Made by a program: the position numbers and the translations under genes
Origin: Amphiscolops sp. MND2022
Taxonomy: Eukaryota
Direction of reading: 5' to 3'
DNA length: 64,000 bases
Assembly: GCA_964187785.1 (NCBI GenBank)
Contig: OZ076415.1
Location: 30,132,001 to 30,196,000, forward strand
Shown here: positions 10,901 to 22,900 of the stretch, piece after piece
Numbering within the stretch: the stretch's first letter is position 1
Layout: every line of letters starts with the position of its first letter
The notes under the pieces: generated by a model
The model's database searches: none
Told to the model about the DNA's origin: nothing
The model's input: the letters and a program-made list of their open reading frames with translations, nothing else

Positions 10901-13900
10901 CGTCATCGGCTGCAACCGATTCATTTGCAAGTTGCAAATGCATGAAATACATGTATTACACCAATTAATTGCAATTAATTGGAACGAAAAAATTAATTAA
11001 TTTTAATTGCAAATTCTAGCAATCAATTAATTTCTAGCAATTAATTGCAATTAATTTTCAATCAATTAATTTTTGGGCAGCCCTGGAAATAAAACAGAAG
11101 GTTCAAATATCATTATGTCGACATAGTTTGAGTTAAAATTTTGGTCCAATAAAATAATTGATGTCGACATAATCCTATCCATTACATTGACAACTGTCAG
11201 TTAAAAGTTGTTCATTAGATTTTATAGCGGACAAAATTTGCGCTGAAATAGGGGCCTTTTTATACGATTATAGCTGGTTTAAAACACGAATTTCTGCTAT
11301 TTTGGACAATAATATCAAAAAGATTTGGTACTTTTTTTACCTGAAGTGTCCAAACAGTTGTGCAGACAACCCTCTAAGTATATACATTCATATAATATTC
11401 TCTTATTAGTGAAATATTTTTATTCAAGAACAAAATGTGCTTTCGTGTTTGAAATTCCTAATAAGGTGTACCTGGGGGGAATAGATGACATGGTCCACGG
11501 TAGCTGTGTTTTACAGTGTATGAAAAACTACTGGTTTGTAATTCCTTCAGTGAGTACAATTGATTGTTTTGAAACATAGATGTTGTAACTTGACTTGATT
11601 AAGAGTATCCACAGTTAATGGATTGAGACAGGTTATGAAAAAATAATTATTTCATTTCGTTGACGTTTTGCTAGTTTTCAAAATAAGCGTTCTGCTGAAG
11701 TTACTGAAACTTTTCATTGCTAGTTCAATTCAAAAGCCTACTTGTCTAAAAAAGGAAACTCAAAATATCTGAATACTTAAAAATCGAGTCACCTAAACGA
11801 AGGCTCCTTCCAAGACACTATCACTGAAGTCTTGGTCTTCAGCCTGACTTCAGCCTTTCCAGGTTTCCCAGGAAATTTCCTCTCGACAGTGCCACTGTTG
11901 CTGAAGCTGGAAGTCTTCCTCCTCAATAGAGTGCTCCAGGGACTAGAAGAAGGTTGCGTGGGAGATCTAGACAAGAAAGGATAAAAAAGTGAAGTAGGGT
12001 TAAGTGCAACAAGAGTATTTTTCTGAAAATACATTTTGAGTTTTTTTATGAGTTTTTCCAACTATGACGAACAAAATGATCTCCAGTGCATCATATGCTT
12101 ACAGTTTACAGACGTAATGCTGGCTTGAAATACTTATTACTGTGGAATGTAGAGGTCAAACCATTTCACATAGACTAATTTACTTTAGACAGAGAGTTGC
12201 TTGAATACATTTACAAACAAACTCTAATTGATTTCTGTCTCATTTATGTTGCTACATCTAGATTTCACTACAATAGTATACTTTGATACAAGATAGTTGA
12301 AAGAGAATTCTTTGTCATGAACATTGTTTCAAAATCAACCAAGAGATCTTAACATGGCGCAGTCAGCAAGATATTAAATTTTTTTCATCGAACTTTCTTA
12401 CCACAGCAAGAAATATTTTACCAACCAATAACTATCCGAAAATGGCCGTGGCAACAAAGATACAACTACCATATCTGGAAGACACCGGAAGAATTAATAC
12501 ACACCAAAAGAATGGACCGAAAGATTCCGACACTACATAAAAAGAATCCACAATATAGACATTAAACCAATATTAACCGATGATACGGTACCTACCGGTG
12601 ACCCATGGGACACAAAAGATCCGGAAATCAGACAAGACTTCATCTGGGGCGCCGGACCGTCAGCAATCGAACTTATCACAAAAGGAGAACTTAACACGGA
12701 CCCCGACACAATCAAAACCGACAAGTTAATCCAACTATTCCGGGAATACTACATGCCCGAAAGAAAATATGGGTAGACATTGAATACAACAGCAAACATA
12801 TCAAATTACCACTTCTAATCACAAAAAGAGCCGATATCACACCTCTACTGAGAGTAAACTGGTTAAAACAACTGCCAATTACTATCAACAAAATCTGATT
12901 GGACAACAACAATAACCAATCAGAAACAACGAAGATACACGCGAAATTCAAGAAATTATTCGAAACGTATCACACCATCAAGAACACGGAAGTGAAAATC
13001 CAGATAAAACCGGGATGTTACCCAATACAACAAAAAGCACGACCAATACCGTACCACTTGCAAGACGATGTAAAGAATGAACTAGACGGACTAATAAAAT
13101 CCGGACATTTGGAAAGATTAGAAACAATCGAAGAAGACTGTTTCGTATCTTCCGTTGTAATTACGGTAAAAAAGTACAAAACGGTCAAAATCGCCCGAAA
13201 AATAAATGACAGCTGCATAAAGAAAAGACCACAAATGCCAAATATGGACGAACTGTTAAACCAAACTTCTTCCGAGCTATCAAAAAACGAGCTAGACCCA
13301 ATCTGGATATCAGTCATAGATTTGAACTATGCTTATGGACAAATGATATTATCACCGGAAACAAGCAAACACTGCAACTTCGCAATTACGGGAGAGAAAA
13401 TCAACGGATACTATCGATTTCTCAAGGGTTTTTACGGACCAGCCGACATACCCACCATTTTCCAGGAGAAAATAGACCGAACTCTCGGCCACCAAATACC
13501 AGTATGGCTGGACGATATAATAATTGTGACACGCGGAACTAAGGAACAGCACACACAAAAATTAGAATCAGTCCTAACAAAACTGGAAAACGAAGGCTAT
13601 AAAGCCAGTAAAAAGAAGTCGCAATTTTATCAAAAGGAAACGGTATGGCTAGGATATACCATCTCACAAGACGGAATCAGACCGAACAAAGAGAAAACAG
13701 ATGCAATCATTAATTTGAACCCACCGACAAACACAAAAACTCTAAAATCATTCCTTGGAGCAATATAATATTTTGCAAAATTCATACCGAATCTATCCGA
13801 AAAGACAGACAATATGAGACAATTGCTGAAAAAAGGAGTAAAATGGGAAATGGACAGAAGACCGAGATACAGATTTCAACAACTTGAAAAAAGAATTGAC

Positions 13901-16900
13901 AACCCAACCATGTCTAGCACATTACAACGGCAACAAAAAAATATCGTCACAACCGACGCGTGCAACACCGGACTAGGAATAGCGCTATGGCAACGACAAA
14001 ACAACGACGAATTGAAAGCAATCGCATACGTAAGCCGCTATCTTAACGACGCAGAAAAAAATATTCCGTCGGCGAACTAGAATTGTTAGCCGTAGTTTGG
14101 GGCCTCGAACGGTTCATATTCCACCTATACGGGAAACAGGTCCTATTATTTTCGAATCACCAAGCCCTGGAACCGCTACTGAAGAGAAACAAAATCAATA
14201 AACAATACAGCGCCCGACTAACACGGTGGCTAGACAGACTAAACCACTTCGACATATCACTCAAATACACTGCCGGAAAAGAAATCAATTTCAACGATTT
14301 CATTAGCCGTAACCCAACGGAAATTGCCTTTCCGAAAGAAATGTACGAAGAAGAATTTGTTATCAACGCCATCGCGCAACTCGCAACGGTAAACGGCCGA
14401 GTTGGACGGATTTTCGACCAATCAGAGAACACTAACATGGCAAACATGCATGATACGAACATGCGGACTGGTAAGCGCTGCCGGAAAACAAACACAAGCC
14501 ATTCCAATTTGAAATTGAACGCTAATCAGATTAACAATACCACTCACAGCGATTGTAAAACTTACATCAAATTAACAATGGACAACAACAACCGACAAAT
14601 TTCTGAAAAACCATTGGGGAGCTGACGATGAAATCATGAAGATTATAAACAGTAGAGATAATTCACCGGAGACAAGAGATTTAGTCGAAAGGAGGATCGA
14701 ACTAACAAGACCGGGCCACAAGCGACATCACTGGCACAAGAAGCTCGAGAGAGAAATGCTCCCAAGAAGACCGGACGAAGTGGACAGGAAGGAGATAAAA
14801 CGCATCGATATTCGTCTACGAAGAAAAGAAGAAAACCGAGTCACGCATATCGGTGGCGGTTATTTCGAAAACTTCGGGGACGAAATCCCACAAACACCCG
14901 GCACGTCAACAGAAAACAACCCGGAAGCAACCAGCATCCAGAAAACCGCACTAGACACCGAATCTACGATCTCCTCAACACCAGAAGAACCGAATATAAT
15001 GGAAGAGCCAGGGACTTACCCAGCAAGACCCGTCCAATAATATCGCGATGGCCCGATTGAAGAGATAGCCGTACATTACGTACGAATAAATAAGGTCATC
15101 GAAACAAAAGCCCCAAGAAACCGCCAGCAAGAAGACAACATTAGATCCGCGGAGCTCGACTTCATGCACCACCTGGAAACGCTGATCAAAGAGACAGCAG
15201 CCGACCCAGACTTGATCGCAGTCGAATGTTGTATTGAGGACAACAACACCCAAGCAATCCCGGAAGAATACAAACAGGTGGCGAAGAAATTGACACACCG
15301 CTGGGGAATAAGAATGGTAGACGACCGCATTATTATCCTCAAAAGTCTACGCTACGCCGCACTTAACGCACTACATTTTGGCCATCCAAGAAAAAACAAG
15401 ATGTGCAACGACGCAGTTATCTTCTGGTGTCCAAATATGCGAGCAGATATCGAGAAGAAGGCAAAAACCAGCTCCGCATGCTTAAATGCCGGCAAGAATT
15501 TATAAACCCAATTACCTAACACTGAAAAATCAAAACTTGAACCGCCAAAAAATCCAGGAGAAGAAATCCAAATTGATTTCACGAGAAATCTGAACAGCAA
15601 CCATTTGGACTCATCCCCTTTTATATTAGTAGCCGTAGACAAAAATTGCCGTTGGCCGGTAGCACAAATTTGCAAAAATACAAACCACGATACGGATTTA
15701 ACATTCCTACGGGAATAGATAAACGTGTATGGAGTACCGAAAACAATTAAATCGGATAACGGTAGTGCTTTTATCTCAAGAGAATATGAAAGCTTTTGCA
15801 AAGAATACAATATAATCCGTAGATACGGTACGCCAAATCTGCATACCGGTACGGGATTGGTTGAAAGAACCATCCAATCACTGAAGAGTCTAACAAAAAC
15901 TAATTTAGAAGAAACACAAAATCTACCCGAGAGCCTAAACAAAGCACTATATGTCCTCCGGTTTACCATACACTCTGAAACAAAGAAAACTCCGTTCGAA
16001 CTACATTTCGGACGAGAACCCGGAACAAAACTATCTAAACTGAAAAATGCTATTTCAGTTGACTCCAAGGACCTGTCAGTCTGCATTACCCGCAACTCTG
16101 CCGGCGAGATCACCGATCATCTGGTGATGTCAAAGAAAAAAATCAACGACCCGAAATACCGGAGGGGAATGACTTTCACCCAAAAACAATAATCGTCAAA
16201 TACGGTAAGTAAAATGAGAAAAATACTAACTACCCGTTCACTTTCTTTGAAAAAGCACATAGAAAATGCTCGCTTGGAAGCAAATTCAAAAATAAACCGC
16301 TAATCGCGGTCTCGGGGACTAAACATACGGTAACCACCGACAAGAACAAAATCCTACACGGGAAATTAATATCTAACCCGATACCCTTTCAGGCGACAGC
16401 AACACCAACGAAGAGAATCAGCACCAGACTGACTACAACAGCTGACAAGCCATCCTGTTCAAAGATGGCGGAGTATATCTGCGCATACCGCAGAAAAGAA
16501 ACACCAAAACCAGAAAACACAGAAAGCAGTGCGGACTGGCTTAAGAGGAAAGACCAACCACGCAACGAAAGAGGCCAGTTCACAAGTCCCGACAAGTCGG
16601 CAGGGAAACCAATGGACCTTGATTTAAGCATGGTTTCTGATGACGAGTTCCAATGCTACAACACTAGCGAAGGAAAACCCGTTCACGCCGACGTGGACGA
16701 TGAACTGCAATTACTGCCAAAGGAGACAAACCTAACTCCCGAAACAGGTTTAAAAACGAATTCATTACCCGACGAACTCCACCAATCGGTGAGAAAGTCG
16801 AAAAGATTACCCAACGCAAAACAAACCGAAAAACTAGACGGTATTCCTTATTTCACAAATAACAATAAAAAGAAAAAAAATAATAATGTGTTACAGGAAA

Positions 16901-19900
16901 GCCAAACCAGCAAACCGAACCAACAACAAAATGAAGAAAGAAACAACCGTGGAATACGGACAATTAACCGTGAGATACGGAAAACACTGGAGCACAAAAA
17001 CTTTAACCGATTATTTCGGGACCACCAGCCAAAACAACCGCCCGAAACCGAATCCAGCCGGAGGAGGGGGAATGTGGAATGTAGAGGTCAAACCATTTCA
17101 CATAGACTAAATTACATTAGACAAAGAGTTGCTTCAATACATTTACAAACAAACTCTAATTGATTTCTGTCTCATTTATGTTGCTACATCTTGATTTCAT
17201 TACAATAGTATACTTTGATACAAGATAGTTGAAAGAGAATTCTTTGTCATGAACATTATTTTAAAATCAACCAAGAGATCGTAACAATTATGGAACAATA
17301 TGCGTGATGAATTGCAACAATGAGGTAAAATTGTGTGCTAAAAGATAATATTATTTTCTCACGAGCTTGAAAAGTTAATACTCTAAACTCTAACCGGGCT
17401 GTTTTTATAATTCTTGCAATAAGCTCATTAAAGTTGAACTTTAAAAAATATGGGACAATTCCGATAGCGCACTTCTTGATGATGAACATGCGGATTCTAC
17501 AAACATACAAGCACAAAATGCGTAAACTGTGTTTTTGGGGAGAAGCTATTGTAACGATAAGCGCTGGCGCTTGAACCGCAACTTAGAATGGAGGAACTAG
17601 AACAGCGAATATAATCTGGGACCTAGATCTCCGCGGCCCTAGCTCATTTTCCCTCCGAAGGAGCCAGTCCCAAGGTGGGGGAACCGTCTTGTAGGACGCT
17701 CTCTGGCCTGGTCCCAGTCTGTAACTGCTGAGAATAACGGGCATCCGTCTCGGCCCTTTGCCTGGGACCACCGTTTAGACAGCCTTTAAAAACAATGCCA
17801 AGAATAAACAGTGTAAATTTCCATCTTCCACCTGATATCGGAAAAACATCTAAAATGGGGAATAAGATCTAAAATTGCACAAACTAGCGCTGGCGCTAGT
17901 TCAAACGGCTAAATCCAGCAGAAATACATCAAAGCACACATCGGAATGGCAAACCACACAGCTAAAAAGCTGGGGCGCAGGGGCTCCAAGCACCAAACAA
18001 TGACAATTAGGCGAAAAGACTCATTTTACCGGTTTCTGCTACATAGGGTAGCATAATGCTGAAAATCGATAAAACCGGTGTTAGCACCTCAAAAGAGTCT
18101 ATTTTCGGATGTTCTTGCCGTCTCTGGCTTCTGTCATGGCGGCGCGCCCGTATTTTTGCTCGTTCTTGCTCTTTGTTGTCGAAGTACCAGCCAATTTCGT
18201 AGAAACAGCGAAAAGAGCAATCACATGCTCAGTGCCACGTCACACATCGAATTAGAATTTTTGACAAAATTTCTGAACTTGTCAAAGTTGCAAAATCGGT
18301 TGATATTGCTGTACCAGAGCTTGCCGTTACATATTGCAGTGTTAATTATAACTATATTATATAATTAACCTTAGTTTCTCCCCAGAACACAGTTCAAGCA
18401 TTTTGTGCTTGTATGTTTGTGGAATCCGCATATTCGTAATCAAAACGTGCGCTATTGAAATTCTCACAAATGAACTCCAAAATTAATTTTAATTTATTAT
18501 TAATGAGCTTTAATGAGCATAGATGCCAACTACATCCACAACTTTATATCTTGTTAACAAGACGCCCGCTAAGCACTGGGATATTTTCCGCTAAAAAACG
18601 CATCAGCTCGGGTTCGAAGCCGGGACCTCGCGTCTGCTACTAACAGCGCCTAGTAACTTAATAATAGTCAAGTAACTATATAAAATAGTCAAGTAGTTAA
18701 AAGAGTCAAGTGATGATGCAGCGTGGAGAATTGGCAGAATTTGAAACAAAAACGCATCACAGATCATGATTTTCCTCCCCCATTATATGTGGCCGGAAAT
18801 TAATAAGTATACACACCCAGGGTCAAAAACACTCGGGGTGTCTCCAGGACTGACGGGAAGCTGCAGCTGGGCGAAGGAAGAGGAGATGGAGATACTGTCG
18901 TCCAAACACGTGTCACGTGACATGAAAGAAGGTGCCAGGGACAGCTGTCTGGAGAAGGACGAGAACCTCTTTCTGCCGCTGCTGCCACTGCTGTTCTGCC
19001 GAGAGATGCTGTTTGTCCTGATGGGAGAGAAACAAGGATGAGAAAGGGAGAGAACGAAAAAGAAGACAACAGAAGAAGCACGAAGTGGCAGAAATGAACT
19101 TTGTCAAAAATGAAAAAATATATATGTTTAGCTGAAAGTACTTATGTGCTTGAGCTAAACGAGGCAGTCAGTTGTTCAAAAAAAATATCAAATTTAGTTG
19201 AGAAAAAGTTCAAAGGTTCAAACCTAAAATCGTTCGTTTGTTAATTCATAAAGACTTATTTAGAACCTGTAAATAATATTCCTTTTGATTCTAAAAATCT
19301 TTGCAAAAATCCATTGTTTCGTATTTTCATTTCACTAAGATCTCTATCAATGAAACTAGTCAAGGTGGCTGTTATTTAATGAAGAGTTGACCCAGTTCAA
19401 GGAGAAATAAAAGTGAATGTACACCCCAGTTGAAAGTTGCTTGAAGTTTTTTGCGTTTTTGTAGGTTGCCAATCACTTTTTATTAAAATTGAGGAAGATT
19501 CTTAAACATTACGAGGCCAAAGTGGGAAAAACGTGAACTACAACGATTTCGTTGTGGTAATTTTTGAATTCTTGAATTAATGGTAATACATACAAATTTC
19601 AAGAATCGAGAAAAGCTAAGCGGAAGCAAGTGGGGATTTTTCTCGATTCTTGAATTAATTATAATGCATAGCATGCAAGAATCGAGAAAAGTTTCAAGAA
19701 CCGAGAAAAACAGCTTCTAGCTGTTTTTCTCGATTCTTGAAACTTTCTCAATTCTTCAATTTTACGTTCATTCTTAAAATTTATATGAATTCTTGAAAAT
19801 TATATGTCAATTCTTCAAAACTTTTCATCAATTCTTGGTCTAATCTAATCATACTAAATTCCATTTTTTTTAAATCAGTGTTATTGAGATTTGATTCTCA

Positions 19901-22900
19901 GTTTTAAAACAATTTCATTCTCGATTTTATATAAATATCATCCTTTTTTAAACCAAATATTTTTGAATTCTAAATTTTGAAACAAAAATGTTTTCAGGTT
20001 CGCGTGATTGGACTTTCTACTGCTTTGGCCAATGCCAGGCCAATGTCAATTCAATTTTGCTTTTGTTACTCACGGTTTAAAAACTTTTGACAAGTAGCTT
20101 TTGACAAGTAACGAAGTAAAACGCTAAAATGGAGGTGCTATTGGTTCAGAAAAAACTCTTTGCTGCACTATATTGAATTATTCATTAAAAAAATCTAGTA
20201 AAAGTTTCAATTAAAAAATAGTTTAGCACCTTAGAATCTAGCTGGTTCAGAACAATTTACCTGAGGAATAATTGTACACCTTTATTATAATTTTAACAAC
20301 GATTCTTCCGTTGATTTGATGAAAAAATAATTCAGCTGATCATTTAAATTCACTATTGTAACATTTGAATAAGAATTCAGGAAAATTTTCTGAGAATCCA
20401 GACAATTTCCAAGAATCAGTAACTTTTCCAAGAATCGACAAAATTTTCAAGAATCGAGAAAATTTCGAGAATCGACAAACTAATGTTAACACATTATCTC
20501 CATGTATTAAAATTAGTGTCTAGATTCTCGAATGTCTTTTTCTCGATTCTTGAAATTAGTGGAAATACATGCGCACTATTGTTTTCTCAATTCTTGACTC
20601 TTATAGGCGGCATAAACAATTCCTTTGAAGTTCAAATTTCAGGAATTGAGAAAAAATTCACTTCGCTGCTTTAAACTACCACTTTTCGTGATTCTTGAAA
20701 AATTGAACATTTCCCACTTTGGCCTCGTAATGAAGACGTGGTCTTAAAGACATTCCAAGTTTAAAATCATTTTAATATGGACCCATCTGTGGCTATCAAT
20801 GGGATCAATGTTGTGTCATTTTCGTCAAAAAATGCGATCAGGTTTTCTAAGGATTTGAATGCATGAAATTTACAATAAACCGAGATCAGGCTAATCATTA
20901 GCCTGATCTCGGTTCATTGTAAATTTCATGCATTAAAATCCTATGGAAACCTGGTCGCATTTTTCGACGAAAATGACACTACATGGATCCCATTGATGGC
21001 CACAGATGGGTCCATATGGGCCAATCAAGTTTTCATTCATGACCATAATCCATATGGTGTTCTATATATTTGTGTCTCGAAAGAGATTTGGAACGAAATT
21101 TGGATCTCGAAAGAGAATTAAGTCCTTATCTCTCATATAGACTCATATGTTACCTGGATGCTGCAGTACTGTGCAGGTGGTTGTAGGGTGAGGAGTAGGC
21201 GCTGCCAATGGAGGAGGAAGAGAGACCGAGACCAGCATTGGTGTTGAGGGACACGTAGCTGTCGTTCCTGTTCACATACATCATATCCAGACACTTCTTC
21301 GGCACCCACCCTTCACTAGCCGGACACTCGTCTGGAACAGAAAATAGTCAGTAATTAATCAAGCTGGAACTTAGATCGAGAACTGGAAACAAACTGGAAA
21401 CACTCAAGTTAGTTTTAATAGACTGAAATGGCACGAATGACCAAAAGTCGATAACATTTTTTGAGGCAAAACGAATGACACGTTTTGACACACAGTTTTC
21501 GAAATCCATGAAATTAACTTTTGGCCTCATCTATCATTCCTTCATTGGGACGTCTGCACAAAAACTTTCTGGTTATAGAACAGAAATAAAAGCTTATAGA
21601 CGGATTACATTTTCATTCTTGTTAAATTCCATTGATAAACAAAAAAGTGAATTTGAAAAGAAAAGAAAGTTAATTTCCCCAATTCTGCGAATACTCGGTG
21701 TACGCCGAATAAGCAGTTCTGTTTTTCTAAGTTTGATTGGGGCGCGAATGACTGGGGGCTTTTGACTGTCTGATATAGGCGCTTTTGCCTGATGCGCTTT
21801 TTGTATTTAACACTTTTGTCTGATAACTGGCCAAGGAGGTGTGAAAGTTCCCATTGTGATACCAGCAGGAAAAAAACAGTTGGTAGTGATTCAGAAATTC
21901 GTAGAAAGGAAGCCTTTTTTTGTGCCAAATTCTGTCCCGGATTGGGCACTGATTCTGCGAAGCAGAATATCCGCGGGTTAATTTGTTTCATCATTTTGAT
22001 ATTTACTGTTAATGAAGTCTCCAAATGCCTTCTAGCCCAAAGAGGTGATCCAGATAGCAGCTCCGGGGAGTAGTACAAAGATATAGAGTTTAGATAATGT
22101 TCATCAGTAATTCATGCCCTGGGTCGAACTCGATATTGTAACTTTTCGTACTGATCTCCTATATTGAGCTTTGATTAATTTTTCGAACAGTTATTGGAAC
22201 TTACATAAAGGCAATCGCCTGCCTGATGTCTGATGTATTATAGGTGACATGCTCAGTAGCATTTCTCCATGGCAACTCTCAGTTTCAATATCAAGTCGGT
22301 CAAAGGACCACAACTGACGTTGCGTACTTTATTATCCTTCCCACCTGTTGCCATCAGGAGCCCATCGTTGAAAAATTTTGAATCTGAACATGGTTTTGGT
22401 TTCCAAAGCTGCGACTTTTATTCAAAACCCACAGCGCTCAAACAGTTTTATTTACTCAAAATGTTTTGAGATAACCTAATGACTACAGGCGACCAAAAGT
22501 TGACTTTAAAATCCGAATTGTTGACCTCAAAAATGTAACTATATTGACGAAATCAGATAATTTTCAGCATTTTTAATAGCAAAATTTCGATCATTCGCCA
22601 TTAGATTATTGAGTTTTGAGATACTTGTTTTCACGTTTGTGCTTTTGTCCGTGTTTGATGCTGTTCACTCCTCACGTACGCTGACAGATTACATAACTCT
22701 CGAAAACTAAGCAAAAGTTGACCAATGAGCGACAAGCGCAGGAAAATTAACGAAATTGTCGTATTTGACTTTATTGACCTGTGGTTGCCCCTACTAATGA
22801 AACATAGTAGCATTGGTGACTCATGATGACACCGAGTATACAGAGCTAGCATATCTCAGTCAAAGCAGGCAAATGATCTGGGTAGACTTTAGATGGGTAA

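Larger units (their letters stand above)
12141..17286 (+). mobile_element. Ty3/Gypsy (Mag-like) LTR retrotransposon B, decayed, internally deleted in gag/protease; intronic, antisense to the host gene
   Basis: 214-bp LTRs at 12141-12354 and 17073-17286 (TG...CA, about 9 differences); TSD ATTAC/ATTAT; PBS TGGCGCAGTC; PPT GGAGGAGGGGGAA; RT, RNase H and integrase remnants. Confidence 0.95.

Noticed and set aside
18600-18650. tRNA gene or intact SINE (GGCTTCGAACCC B-box on the minus strand)
   Set aside because: No A-box or cloverleaf can be built; at most a SINE fragment. The same applies to the B-box-like pieces at ~30160 and ~50070.
21475-22078. Overlapping ORFs of 93-157 aa
   Set aside because: No motifs, no splice phases fitting the host gene; possibly decayed TE sequence.
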